From contig JACOXI010000005.1 of NCBI GenBank assembly GCA_016176335.1, forward strand, positions 1 through 61,390: 61,390 nucleotides of DNA, read 5' to 3'. The notes beneath the pieces were generated by a model. It was not told where the DNA came from. It made no database searches and worked only from the letters and a program-made list of their open reading frames with translations. Below, piece by piece: positions 37,768 through 47,134 of this stretch. A program made the translations under genes and the position numbers. This DNA comes from Candidatus Daviesbacteria bacterium. Lineage in GTDB: Bacteria > Patescibacteriota > Microgenomatia > Daviesbacterales > UBA10151. Positions within the stretch are counted from its first letter, which is position 1. Every line of letters starts with the position of its first letter.

Positions 37768-39369
37768 TTAATTAACAGTATCCGAATTAAAAATTTCCGC
37801 AGCGGCTCTGATAATCTCATCATCTGCTGCAACTTCTATATTGGCTACATCCTCCGCTTTTGCCGGCCTGTTCCCCAAAACTGTGGAAACCTTGATAATT
37901 CTTCCCAAAATATCCGACAGTATTGACTCTAACAGTTCCCTGTTTTTTGGGGCTTCCAAGATTCTTTGATGAAATGAATACGGAACTTCCACAATAACAG
38001 CTGTATCAGTACATTCTGTGATATTAATAGATCGAAGCAGAGCTTCCAAAGAAAAATTATACGGCCTGATAGTTTCACAAACATAGGTCCATTTTTCCTT
38101 AAGTTTTTGGATATCGTCGTTAGACTGCGGATATTGGATGATAGGAGATTTCAAGCTCCCATCTTTTACCTCAATTATCTTCAATTTTCTATCTTCTACC
38201 TCTAGCTTCGATCTTCTATCATCTACCGTCTTATTCGTTTCCTCTCCGCATATTTCAATAACCGCTAATTCCAATGGTAATGATGGGATTGATGTAGTCT
38301 TTAACTTTTCATAAGATTTTTGAAAAATATTTAAACTACTACTCAAATCTTGGGCAGTAAACTGATTGGTTAGAGTCAGAAGAGTCGAATATTGCCCGCT
38401 GCCATATTGCGGCTGAACAAGAGACGGGCCCAGATCATTTTTAATGAGTACCAACGCACGCATTATTTCCATCACTGCTCCTGTAAATAATTTAAAGTCA
38501 ATACCAAATTTCTCTAAATTGCTAATTAATAAAATTGAGCTTTTAACATCATGCTTAGCTAAGTTTTCCAATAAACTCAACACCTGCTCAATATCGGTAC
38601 CATGCAGAATTCTCCTGATTTCTGAAGCTTGGACCTTATCACTTATTCCCGATACCTGATCAAGTATCTTAATGGCATCCCTAAAGCTTCCCTGCGCAGC
38701 TGTTTTTAAAATTTGTAGCGCTTCTTCACTTATATCAATTTTTTCAATCTTAATAATTTTCTTGAGCACTTGAGATAATTCTTCTTGTGAGGCCAGTTTA
38801 AAATCCAGTCTTTGGACTCTGGAAAGAATTGTTTGAGGAATTTTCGAGCCTTCAGTTGTTGCCAAAATAAATAGGGCATGCTGGGGCGGTTCCTCTAAAG
38901 TTTTCAAAAGCGCGTTGAAAGCTTCGGGTGTGAGCATATGAACTTCATCAATAATGTATACTTTTTTATTTGCGGCAGTTGGGGCAAGTTTTATTTTCTC
39001 ACGTAAGGACCGAATGTCTTCAATTCCCCTATTTGAGGCAGCATCAATTTCTATTAGATCCAAGTTTGACCCATCGGTAATTGATAAACATGTATCGCAC
39101 CTGTTACAGGGTATATTGTTTATCGTATATCGATTATCGTTTTTGTCTTTACGATTCATGATTAACGATTCACGATTAACGAACTCACAGTTAACCATTT
39201 TTGCCAAAATTCTGGCAGTTGAAGTTTTACCGGTTCCTCTTGGCCCCACAAAAAGATAAGCATGAGATAACCTGTTATTTTGAAAGGCAGACATGAGATT
39301 TTTCTTGACAACATCTTGCCCCGTTAAATCATCTAAAGATTTGGGACGGTACTTTAAATAATAAGTCAT
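37768..39369 (-). CDS. dnaX: DNA polymerase III gamma/tau
   Basis: KYRP, GPRGTGKTS, EIDAASNRG, DEVHML, NALLKTLEEPP, TILSR; two repeat-derived inserts. Confidence 0.97.
   Translation of the reverse strand: MTYYLKYRPKSLDDLTGQDVVKKNLMSAFQNNRLSHAYLFVGPRGTGKTSTARILAKMVNCEFVNRESLIMNRKDKNDNRYTINNIPCNRCDTCLSITDGSNLDLIEIDAASNRGIEDIRSLREKIKLAPTAANKKVYIIDEVHMLTPEAFNALLKTLEEPPQHALFILATTEGSKIPQTILSRVQRLDFKLASQEELSQVLKKIIKIEKIDISEEALQILKTAAQGSFRDAIKILDQVSGISDKVQASEIRRILHGTDIEQVLSLLENLAKHDVKSSILLISNLEKFGIDFKLFTGAVMEIMRALVLIKNDLGPSLVQPQYGSGQYSTLLTLTNQFTAQDLSSSLNIFQKSYEKLKTTSIPSLPLELAVIEICGEETNKTVDDRRSKLEVEDRKLKIIEVKDGSLKSPIIQYPQSNDDIQKLKEKWTYVCETIRPYNFSLEALLRSINITECTDTAVIVEVPYSFHQRILEAPKNRELLESILSDILGRIIKVSTVLGNRPAKAEDVANIEVAADDEIIRAAAEIFNSDTVN
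38119..38226. repeat. Degenerate heptamer array in frame in the dnaX linker
   Basis: CTATCTTCTACCTCTAGCTTCGATCTTCTATCATCTAC and flank; encodes DDRRSKLEVEDRKLK.. Confidence 0.6.
39118..39187. repeat. Inverted heptamer arrays in frame in the dnaX zinc-binding region
   Basis: TATATCG ATTATCG ... ACGATTC ATGATTA ACGATTC ACGATTA; encodes VNRESLIMNRKDKNDNRYTIN. Confidence 0.8.
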
Positions 39370-39370
39370 A

Positions 39371-39784
39371 TTAAGTATGGTGAATTCCCAAAAGATGGTC
39401 TAATCCATGCTCCACCAAATCTCTAAGCTCCTCATCAACAGATATCCCATCTAAACTGGCATCTTCCAAGGCTTGCGGGTATGAGATGACAATATCTCCC
39501 AGTCTTAAAATTTTATCCGGAGATGCCACAAACCCAACTCTTGGTATGTGTTGCAAACTGACAGGATTTGGGTCCTCCAAAGCAAAAGACAAAATGTCTG
39601 TTGTGGAATCTATCCCGCGATACCTTCTGTTTAACTCATGCATTTTCCGATCGCCCACGATACTTATACCAATCTCAACTCTGCCAAAAATTCGATGCCT
39701 CTGCAGTACTTCCAAAACAACGGACCTGATTGCTATTTTATTAATACTATACCTTGGATCTGAAGAAACAACGATATTTATCAT
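39371..39784 (-). CDS. ybeY: rRNA maturation endoribonuclease YbeY
   Basis: LNRRYRG, TDILSF, LGDIVIS, HGLDHLLG. Confidence 0.95.
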   Translation of the reverse strand: MINIVVSSDPRYSINKIAIRSVVLEVLQRHRIFGRVEIGISIVGDRKMHELNRRYRGIDSTTDILSFALEDPNPVSLQHIPRVGFVASPDKILRLGDIVISYPQALEDASLDGISVDEELRDLVEHGLDHLLGIHHT

Positions 39785-40221
39785 GACAATTTTTCTTTCA
39801 CTAATGCACTTACCACTCCTCCATCAGCCTGACCTTTAACTTTACCCATCACCATACCCATCACTCTTCCCATATCCTGTATGCTACTTGCCCCTAATTC
39901 TTTTATAGACTCTTCCACAATCTTAGTCAATGCCTCCTCCGAAAGCTGAACCGGAAGATAGCTTTCCAAGACCTTTCGCTCCGCCTCCTCCTTTAAAGCT
40001 TGATCCTCTTTCCCCCCCAGCCTGAAACCCGCTGCTGCTTCTGATCTTTTTTTAACTTCTTTTTGGGCAATAATAATTACTTCCTCATCCGAAAGATCGC
40101 CACCCTTGGCAATTTGAGCATTTTTCACCTCTGACAATAAAAGACGCAGAGTTGAAGTTTTTATCTCGTCTCTTCGCAGTTGAGATTGTTTTAGATCTTC
40201 TTGTATCTTATCAATTAACAT
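39781..40221 (-). CDS. GatB/YqeY domain protein
   Basis: TLRLLLSEVKN, YLPVQLSE, DMGRVMG, ADGGVVS. Confidence 0.95.
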   Translation of the reverse strand: MLIDKIQEDLKQSQLRRDEIKTSTLRLLLSEVKNAQIAKGGDLSDEEVIIIAQKEVKKRSEAAAGFRLGGKEDQALKEEAERKVLESYLPVQLSEEALTKIVEESIKELGASSIQDMGRVMGMVMGKVKGQADGGVVSALVKEKLS

Positions 40222-40223
40222 TA

Positions 40224-40421
40224 TTAATTTCCGAAACGTCGGGACCTCATGATCTTGCGTCTTTTTTCAGCTAAGTATTCCTGTCTTTTTTCGGAAGGTT
40301 TTTTATAAACCGTTCTATCCCGAATTTCTTGAACCAAACCTTCGGCAATAACCCTTTTTTGAAATTTCCTGATCACTGAATCCGTACTTTCACCCGGATT
40401 TGCCTTTACTACAATTGACAT
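40224..40421 (-). CDS. rpsU: 30S ribosomal protein bS21
   Basis: GESTDSVIRKFQK, YKKPSEKR. Confidence 0.9.
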   Translation of the reverse strand: MSIVVKANPGESTDSVIRKFQKRVIAEGLVQEIRDRTVYKKPSEKRQEYLAEKRRKIMRSRRFGN

Positions 40422-40426
40422 AATGA

Positions 40427-40502
40427 AGCTGTCAGCCTTCAGTCGTCAGTCTTCAGACTTTAAAAATTTAATCTGATAGCTGAAAGCTGATGACTGATAG
40501 CT
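40427..40502. repeat. Inverted heptamer arrays forming a hairpin in the rpsU leader
   Basis: GCTGTCA GCCTTCA GTCGTCA GTCTTCA ... TCTGATA GCTGAAA GCTGATG ACTGATA. Confidence 0.85.
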
Positions 40503-40517
40503 CATATCACCTCCTTT

Positions 40518-40850
40518 TTAAATGAATTTCTTCCATTGTCCCCCTAATAGATGAAAATGTAAATGAGGAACATGCTGCGCTTTACCGCCATTTACAACTA
40601 CACGATATGCATCATCTGTTAACTTATTCTCCAAAACCAACTTATTAACAATAGCATAAATCTCACCAAGTAGTTTTGTTTGCTCTTCCCCAATTTCTCC
40701 TATTCCCCCTATATGCATCTTTGGCACAATGAGTAGATGTAAATCAGCAGAAGGATTGATGTCTGGAAAAACCACTAAATTTTCTGACTCGTAGTTAAAG
40801 TCTTTGGGAATTTCTTTCTTGATAATCTTACAAAAAATACAATTATCCAT
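40518..40850 (-). CDS. HIT-family nucleotide hydrolase
   Basis: CIFCKII, HLLIVPK, QHVPHLHFH. Confidence 0.96.
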   Translation of the reverse strand: MDNCIFCKIIKKEIPKDFNYESENLVVFPDINPSADLHLLIVPKMHIGGIGEIGEEQTKLLGEIYAIVNKLVLENKLTDDAYRVVVNGGKAQHVPHLHFHLLGGQWKKFI

Positions 40851-40871
40851 AAGTAAAAGACGGAGCTGACT

Positions 40872-41939
40872 TTAAGAAACAATCTTTTTCAAAAGATCCA
40901 AGGTCCTTGTCTGACGAAGAGCGTGCCTTAAATGTAACCTTGGTTCTTGAGAGGCAAATTGAGCCTTGACTCTTTGGTCCTGGATTTTATCCACCTCTGC
41001 TTGTAATTCCTGATCTGAAATTGTGACGTTTTCTGCTCTTGCTATATCTGCAAGCCCCAGCTCCATCCTGACATTTTTTTCAGCCTGCATCCTCCACTCA
41101 TTTTTGATCTGTTCCAAAGTTTTACCTTGACCTTTTAAGTAATCTTCCAAAAGTAACCCCATATCAGCAACCCTTCTTTGAAGGGAAACAAGCATTCTGT
41201 TTAACTCATCCTGGATTAAGATTTCCGGCAGTTCAACCGTGGTCATCTTTTCCACCTCCTGTAAAATTGCCTCCTCATAATCAAGCTCATTGTTGTATTT
41301 GACATTTGCCTCCAAGTCTGCCCGTACTTTTGTTTTGAGGTCGTTCAGCGTTGTTGCCCCCATGGCTTTGGCAAACTCATCATTGGGAATATCAGCCTGA
41401 CCATTTCCCTGAAAGTTTATTGATCCGGCCTGACCACCAGACTGGGTTGTTGACTGTTGAGGAGTACCAGCATAGGGGGATTTTGCTTTCCATCTTTTAT
41501 ATAAATCGTCAATAACTTTAGTAACTTCTTCATCTGTAACAGGTTTTATTGCAGGCCGGACAGCCTTAATCGTCTTGTAGTTTCCAACAGCAACTTGCGG
41601 CCTGTTGGTAATTGTTGCTTTAAATTGCAACTGCTGGCCGCGGGTAAAAGAAATTAAATCATATTTTGGATAATCTATCGGGACAATGTCTGTGCCTTTT
41701 AAGGCTTCAATCAAAAAATTGGGCATGGCAGTTTTTAATACCTCATCCTGCAACCTTTGGCCAAGCTGGCCCTCCACCATATTGAGGGGAGCCTGACCTT
41801 TTCTAAAACCGGCAATCTCAATATCAGCTGCCATTTTCTGAAGCGTCTGATCCCAGCTGGTTTGCAAATCGCTCCATGGAACTGTCACAGTTACTTCCAC
41901 TATAGATTTTGGCTGTTTAATGATATTCTTGTTAATCAT
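40872..41939 (-). CDS. tig: Trigger factor lacking the PPIase domain
   Basis: GFRKGQAP signature; C-terminal chaperone domain; Q/G-rich linker replaces the FKBP domain; start moved to MINKNI. Confidence 0.88.
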   Translation of the reverse strand: MINKNIIKQPKSIVEVTVTVPWSDLQTSWDQTLQKMAADIEIAGFRKGQAPLNMVEGQLGQRLQDEVLKTAMPNFLIEALKGTDIVPIDYPKYDLISFTRGQQLQFKATITNRPQVAVGNYKTIKAVRPAIKPVTDEEVTKVIDDLYKRWKAKSPYAGTPQQSTTQSGGQAGSINFQGNGQADIPNDEFAKAMGATTLNDLKTKVRADLEANVKYNNELDYEEAILQEVEKMTTVELPEILIQDELNRMLVSLQRRVADMGLLLEDYLKGQGKTLEQIKNEWRMQAEKNVRMELGLADIARAENVTISDQELQAEVDKIQDQRVKAQFASQEPRLHLRHALRQTRTLDLLKKIVS

Positions 41940-41978
41940 ACTGCAGAGTAATCTACCAGAATTATGTTCAAAAATCAA

Positions 41979-43421
41979 TCAATATGCTTGACCAAAGAGC
42001 CAACGAAATTTAGCAGGTTTTTTACAATAGATACACTTTCCTTCAGTCTCCATCGATCCTAAAGGTAAACATCTGGTTGTAGCTTTTGTCTCCTGCTTAA
42101 TCTTTGCCTCGCAATCTGGATCCTCACACCAAAATGCCTCAATAAATCCTCTGTCTGTTTCCATAATTTCTTTAAACTGAGGGTAATTATCAGCCTGTCT
42201 GGTATTATCCTTGGTAAATTGTTTTGATTTTTCAAATAAACTTATCTGCATTCCATCAAGAAGTTTTTGGACATTTTCCGCTAAATGTTCCAGCTTTGAA
42301 ACGGTGTAATTCGACTTATTGTTTCTGACACCTATACTAAATTCCTTATTCGTTGCTTCCCAAGACCCAATTTCAATTCTAACGGGAACACCTTCGAGAT
42401 CGTATTGATTCAACTTCCATCCTACGGATTGATCACTGTTATCCAGTTTAACTCTGGTGGAATAACTTGCCAATAATTCATAAGCCTTGTTAGCTAAATC
42501 GTTTATGGTCTTATTATCTGAAGACTTGGTGGTAATTGGGATTATAACAACTTGAGTTGAGGCTAGTCTGGGAGGCAAAACCAACCCGTTATCATCTCCA
42601 TGTACCATAATCATTGCTCCAATTGATCTGGTAGAAAGCCCCCAAGAAGTTTGATAGACATATTGTAATTTCCCCACTTTGTCTTGAAATTGGACTTTAA
42701 AAACTTTGGCAAAATTCTGACCCAAGTTATGGGAGGTGCACCCTTGGACAATTTTCCCGTCCGGCATCAAAATCTCGAAAGTTAAGGTGGCATCTGCACC
42801 AGGGAATTTTTCTGACTCAGACTTTCTGCCTGCATATCCGTAAAGCCCAAGTACTTTCTGATAAAAATCTACATACATTTTTAAAGCTTCATCAACCATT
42901 TTTTGGGCATCCTCATTATTCTCGTGTGCACTATGCCCTTCCTGCCATAAAAATTCGGTTGTTCGTAAAAAATAGTACGGACGTTTTTCCCACCTCACTA
43001 CATTACACCATTGATTGAAGATCAATGGCAGATCTCTAAAAGATTGAATCCATCTTGAGAAAGCATCATACATGATAGTTTCTGAAGTGGGACGAACCAC
43101 CAAGGGCTCTTTTAATTTTTCTCCTCCCCCATGAGTAATAACTGCCAAGTCCGGAGCAAAACCTTTGATATGCTCTTTTTCTTTTGAAAAAAATGAGTAG
43201 GGTATGAATAAGGGGAAGTAAACACTCTGGGCACCCAAATCTTTTATTCTTGTATCCAAAATTTTTTGAACTGTTTCCCACAACACAAAACCTTTCGGCC
43301 GCCAAATCATAGTTCCCTTCACAGGACCATGTTCAGCTAGTTGTGCGCGTTCAATGACGTCATTATACCAAGCTGATATATTTTGACTTTTTTTGGTAAT
43401 ACTTTTTACTTGACCCTTCAT
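41979..43421 (-). CDS. proS: Proline-tRNA ligase (eukaryote/archaea-like type)
   Basis: VRPTSET, FLRTTEFLWQEGH, TSHNLGQNF, QTSWGLSTR, C-terminal Cys motifs. Confidence 0.97.
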   Translation of the reverse strand: MKGQVKSITKKSQNISAWYNDVIERAQLAEHGPVKGTMIWRPKGFVLWETVQKILDTRIKDLGAQSVYFPLFIPYSFFSKEKEHIKGFAPDLAVITHGGGEKLKEPLVVRPTSETIMYDAFSRWIQSFRDLPLIFNQWCNVVRWEKRPYYFLRTTEFLWQEGHSAHENNEDAQKMVDEALKMYVDFYQKVLGLYGYAGRKSESEKFPGADATLTFEILMPDGKIVQGCTSHNLGQNFAKVFKVQFQDKVGKLQYVYQTSWGLSTRSIGAMIMVHGDDNGLVLPPRLASTQVVIIPITTKSSDNKTINDLANKAYELLASYSTRVKLDNSDQSVGWKLNQYDLEGVPVRIEIGSWEATNKEFSIGVRNNKSNYTVSKLEHLAENVQKLLDGMQISLFEKSKQFTKDNTRQADNYPQFKEIMETDRGFIEAFWCEDPDCEAKIKQETKATTRCLPLGSMETEGKCIYCKKPAKFRWLFGQAY

Positions 43422-43427
43422 ACTTAC

Positions 43428-43760
43428 TTAATATAATTTTGCTCCTAATGGTGCATCTTTATCTGGCACAACCAGTATGCACCTATGCTCCTCATCTGGC
43501 ACACCTATGGTAAGGACCTCTGATACAAAAGGACCGATTTGTCTGGGTTCCAGATTAACAACCCCCAATACTAGTTTACCTTCTAGGTCTTCCTTTGTAT
43601 ATAGATCCACTAGTTGTGCTGAAGATCTCTTTGTTCCTATTTCCAAACCAAAATCTATAGTCAGCTTATATGATGGTTTTCTGGCTTCTGGGAAATCTTC
43701 AACTTTGATAATTTTTCCAACTCTGATATCTAGTTTTAGGAAATCATCAATATTTGCCAT
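43428..43760 (-). CDS. tRNA-binding OB-fold protein (CsaA/Trbp111 family)
   Basis: DFLKLDIRVGKI, KLTIDFG, VVNLEPRQIG. Confidence 0.92.
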   Translation of the reverse strand: MANIDDFLKLDIRVGKIIKVEDFPEARKPSYKLTIDFGLEIGTKRSSAQLVDLYTKEDLEGKLVLGVVNLEPRQIGPFVSEVLTIGVPDEEHRCILVVPDKDAPLGAKLY

Positions 43761-43968
43761 TAAAAAAACACCTCCCCTCTTTTAAGGACGAAGGTGTAAA
43801 CTCCGTGGTACCACCTTAATTGTTTCTTATTCAGGTTATCACGTTACTAACGGGAATACTTCCTCCTTCGCCATACTTCGGCTGACAGGCTTCATACCCA
43901 GCTTGGGGCCTTCGGCCCTGAGGGGCTCAGGCCCTCGAAGGGGCGGGAAACCCCTTCATTGCTTTTCT
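43761..43968 (-). promoter_or_regulatory. T-box riboswitch (antiterminator and terminator clear, stem I atypical)
   Basis: AAGGTGGTACCACGG at 43817-43803; CCCGTTA at 43854-43848; hairpin ACACCTTC..GGAGGTGT followed by a U-tract. Confidence 0.75.
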
Positions 43969-44732
43969 TTTCTAATTTTATCAGGATGTTCTTTTGGTGT
44001 CAAATTTGAATCTTCTTTTCTTGTTTCTTGCCTGTTGTCCTGTTTTTGTGACCGTTGTCTTTCTTCCTCCAGTTTTTTCTTGATTTCCTCAAGCCTTTTT
44101 CTGGCTTCTTCTATTTCCTTTCGTCTTTGCTTTTCCTTTTCTTCTTCCTGCCTATTTGGCCTTGGTGTAGGTTCAACAGTAGGAAGCGGGGTTGAAGTAG
44201 GTTGAACAGTTGGGAGTGGCGTTGGGCGGACAGTTGCAACAGGAGTGGCTTTAGGAGTAGGGGAAGGTATTGTTTCAGCAGATGGAGTTGGAGATGGTGT
44301 AATCGCAGGTTGGAGAACAGCTGGTGGAATGCTTGGCTTCGCAGTCAATTGTTGTAATCCTTGATCGTATTTTTCAATAGATTGAGAAAGTTGGTTGATC
44401 AGTTGTTCTTTTTGTTTTTGGTCTGTTATTTGATTAATTTGACCGGCTGCTATATCTGTTTGTACCACCAACTCGTTTAAAGTCTCTTTTGCTTGTTTTC
44501 CCTCTGTTATCAAAACAGTGACTTCCTGAAATCTCCTGTCAGATCTGGCAGCAGCAAACCAAGCCTTGGAAGTTGGAGTCAAAGATGCCACAGCATAGAT
44601 CACATCTTCTAATCCCCGCTTAATCGGGTATGTGGCATCACCAGGTGCCGCATTATTGGAAATAACAGCCAAGGCAGCCGGAGGGAAAAGTACAATTGTT
44701 AAAATTAAACTGATGATACCGAGCAGTTTCAC
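43956..44732 (-). CDS. Secreted helical protein with a P/T-rich linker (DUF5667-like, tentative)
   Basis: Signal peptide, APGDATYPIKRGLE motif, PT repeats, charged tail. Confidence 0.7.
   Translation of the reverse strand: MKLLGIISLILTIVLFPPAALAVISNNAAPGDATYPIKRGLEDVIYAVASLTPTSKAWFAAARSDRRFQEVTVLITEGKQAKETLNELVVQTDIAAGQINQITDQKQKEQLINQLSQSIEKYDQGLQQLTAKPSIPPAVLQPAITPSPTPSAETIPSPTPKATPVATVRPTPLPTVQPTSTPLPTVEPTPRPNRQEEEKEKQRRKEIEEARKRLEEIKKKLEEERQRSQKQDNRQETRKEDSNLTPKEHPDKIRKEKQ
43975..44003 (-). promoter_or_regulatory. Near-consensus promoter for the T-box leader
   Basis: TTGACA-17-TAAAAT with TG extension, inside the 3' end of the upstream ORF. Confidence 0.8.
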
Positions 44733-44750
44733 AACAATTTCAGTATATCA

Positions 44751-45839
44751 TTACGGCAGCATTTTGCGGATATCAGAATATGTCACAAGCAATGCCAAAG
44801 CAAGAAGCAGTACGAAACCTATCTGGTGTACTAATCTTTCTATATCTTCTCTGACCTTTTTTTTACTGACTGCCTCAATGACCAAAAATAACAACCTGCC
44901 TCCATCCAAAGCCGGTATCGGCAAAATATTAAAAATGGACAAAGTTAAAGATATTACCCCTACAAACCAAAGGTAAAAAGGCCAAGCCTCCCTGCCGCTA
45001 CTTAAAATATTATTACTCATGTTGGCAAGCCCTACCGGACCTGCCACTGATTGTGAAGCCGATTTAAAGTTGCCAAAGATCAGATCAGAGATAGTTCTTT
45101 TCAGTCCTACAAAAGTAAGTCTTGTGAGGTTGTATGAATAAGTTATCCCAGAAAATATTTTTTCCACCCCCCTGGTATATTGTTTGGTTGCCAAAGGACT
45201 AAACCCTACTCCGATTAAAGCCTCTCCGCCTTCCGTTTTCTTAGGCATCATTGTCAAAACCCGCTGATTTTTTCCATCAATATCTGAAAGAGTTAAAGTA
45301 ACGGCTTCCCCTTTTTTCTCTCTGATAAAGTTTCTAGCATCCTCAAACTGTTTAACTTCTCTTCCATCTACTTCCAAAACCTTATCTCCGATGTTAATCC
45401 CTGCTTTTTGGGCGGGAAAATCTTTTTCTAGGTAACCTACGAAAACAGCAGGTTCTAAAGTGGGATAAACTATCTTGAAATTTTGATAAAAAATTACTGT
45501 GTAAAAAATTATCCAGGATAAAATAAGGTTCATCACAACTCCTGCCACAACCACAAGAATTCTTTTCCAAACATTTTGTGATGCAAAAGAACGGGGATTG
45601 TTTAATAGTTTTTTGTCTATCTCATCTTCTCCCAATAGCCTGACAAATCCACCCAAAGGCAGCGCATTCAAAGAATATAGCGTCTCACCAATTTTTTTCC
45701 CAAAAATTTTCGGAGGAATCCCAAAACCAAATTCTTCAACTTTTATCCCAAATCTTTTAGCCATGATGAAATGACCCAGTTCATGGATCACTACCAGGAC
45801 TAATAGGGTAATAATGAAGATAAGTATCGAGATTAACAT
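44751..45839 (-). CDS. rseP: Site-2 membrane metalloprotease with PDZ domain
   Basis: HELGH, NALPLGGFV, NILPIPALDGG. Confidence 0.95.
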   Translation of the reverse strand: MLISILIFIITLLVLVVIHELGHFIMAKRFGIKVEEFGFGIPPKIFGKKIGETLYSLNALPLGGFVRLLGEDEIDKKLLNNPRSFASQNVWKRILVVVAGVVMNLILSWIIFYTVIFYQNFKIVYPTLEPAVFVGYLEKDFPAQKAGINIGDKVLEVDGREVKQFEDARNFIREKKGEAVTLTLSDIDGKNQRVLTMMPKKTEGGEALIGVGFSPLATKQYTRGVEKIFSGITYSYNLTRLTFVGLKRTISDLIFGNFKSASQSVAGPVGLANMSNNILSSGREAWPFYLWFVGVISLTLSIFNILPIPALDGGRLLFLVIEAVSKKKVREDIERLVHQIGFVLLLALALLVTYSDIRKMLP

Positions 45840-45840
45840 A

Positions 45841-45965
45841 AATTTCTAATTACTAATTTCTAATTAACCTAAATAAATTCCAATGACTTAATGACTAAAA
45901 ATATTTGGACACTAGACATTTTGTCATTATTTAGAAATTAGATCAATTAGGTTAATTAGGTCAAT
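45841..45965. repeat. Inverted AT-rich heptamer arrays between frr and rseP
   Basis: CTAATTTCTAA/TTAGAAATTAG and TAATTAACCTAA/TTAGGTTAATTA perfect inverted pairs. Confidence 0.8.
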
Positions 45966-46520
45966 TTATATTTGTATCAACTCTTCTTCTTTACCTTTTC
46001 CTAAATCATCAACCCCTGTCATCTTTTTATCCACCAACTCCTGTAGCAATTTTTCTCTTCTGAAAAATTCATCTTCCCCGTACTTACCATCCTCCTGCTC
46101 CCCTTTCCACTCATTTCTAAAATCCTGCCTGACTTGCCTAATTTCTACTCTTGCTTGTTCCATTTTTTGATGTAAAAGTTTTATAAATTCTTCTCTTCTT
46201 TCGGAAGTTAAAGGCGGGATAGGTAAACGAATTAAAGTACCTTCACTGGAAGGGTTTAACCCTAAATTTGCCTCCTGTATAGCTTTTATGACATTTTGTA
46301 AAATTGATGCATCCCAAACTTGAATTGTTAAAAGCGTGGGTTGGGGAGCGGAAATATTTCCAACTTCCATAAGTTTCATTTTACCTCCATAAGCATCCAC
46401 CAAAACATTTTCCACCAAAGCCGGATTGGCCCTGCCTGCCCGTATCCCTGCAATTTCCATCTTAAAATGATGCAAGGCTGCCTCTACTTTTTGATTAGGT
46501 TGTGATAGTACCGGGTCCAT
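45966..46520 (-). CDS. frr: Ribosome recycling factor
   Basis: IRAGRANPALV, IRLPIPPLTSERR; start moved to MDPVLS. Confidence 0.96.
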   Translation of the reverse strand: MDPVLSQPNQKVEAALHHFKMEIAGIRAGRANPALVENVLVDAYGGKMKLMEVGNISAPQPTLLTIQVWDASILQNVIKAIQEANLGLNPSSEGTLIRLPIPPLTSERREEFIKLLHQKMEQARVEIRQVRQDFRNEWKGEQEDGKYGEDEFFRREKLLQELVDKKMTGVDDLGKGKEEELIQI

Positions 46521-46534
46521 AATAATGTATAAAA

Positions 46535-46683
46535 GACAGCGAAGTCGCGAGCTAGAAAAAATGTAGTGCAGTTGAGCACATTCCAGACCCCATGTTTTCG
46601 AGGTCATTGCTCGGCGTGAAACAAACTCCAAGCGAGCGAGTCCCTACAGCGCGAGCGGTTTTTTCAGCCGTGACGAGCCGACT
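46535..46683. other. Structured ~149-nt intergenic element, copy A
   Basis: Shares terminal blocks and fold with 50695-50838. Confidence 0.7.
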
Positions 46684-47131
46684 AACCACCTAAAGCAATT
46701 CTTTCAAATCTGCCAATTTGAATATTTTCTCCCAATTTTCCAATAACGGATTTTATTAACTGATCACAAGTCAGGGAATTGTCTCTAATATACTCTTGCT
46801 TTAACAACTCCTCCAAAGAGGATGGATTCATGGAAGCAATCTGAAGAGCCAGTTCGTGCGCCAAATTTTTAAAATCCGAAGTTTGTGCCACAAAATCTGT
46901 CTCACAGAGAACTTCCACCAGAACTCCCACCTTACCATTGTGAGAATAGACCTCAACAATACCGTTCTTTACTTCCCTGTCTGCTTTTTGAGCAGATTTT
47001 TCAATTCCTTTCTCTTTAAGATAAACTTTAGCCTTTGCCAAATCCCCTAAAGATTTGGCCAATGCCTCTTTGCAATCGGCAATTCCCGCGCCAGTCTGTT
47101 CACGCAGTTTTTTTATTAAATCTAAGTTCAT
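46682..47131 (-). CDS. tsf: Elongation factor Ts (short form)
   Basis: LREQTGAGIADCKEAL, VEVLCETDFVA, LGENIQIGRFER. Confidence 0.96.
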   Translation of the reverse strand: MNLDLIKKLREQTGAGIADCKEALAKSLGDLAKAKVYLKEKGIEKSAQKADREVKNGIVEVYSHNGKVGVLVEVLCETDFVAQTSDFKNLAHELALQIASMNPSSLEELLKQEYIRDNSLTCDQLIKSVIGKLGENIQIGRFERIALGG

Positions 47132-47134
47132 ATA

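Noticed and set aside
37685-37832. Long N-terminal extensions of tracked ORFs (glyA, also purC, frr, folD, tig, dcd-like)
   Set aside because: They overlap upstream genes, promoters or repeats; downstream starts fit family lengths better.
40872-47131. PPIase-less trigger factor and short EF-Ts as novelties
   Set aside because: These reduced forms are already known in several lineages; used only as taxonomic hints.
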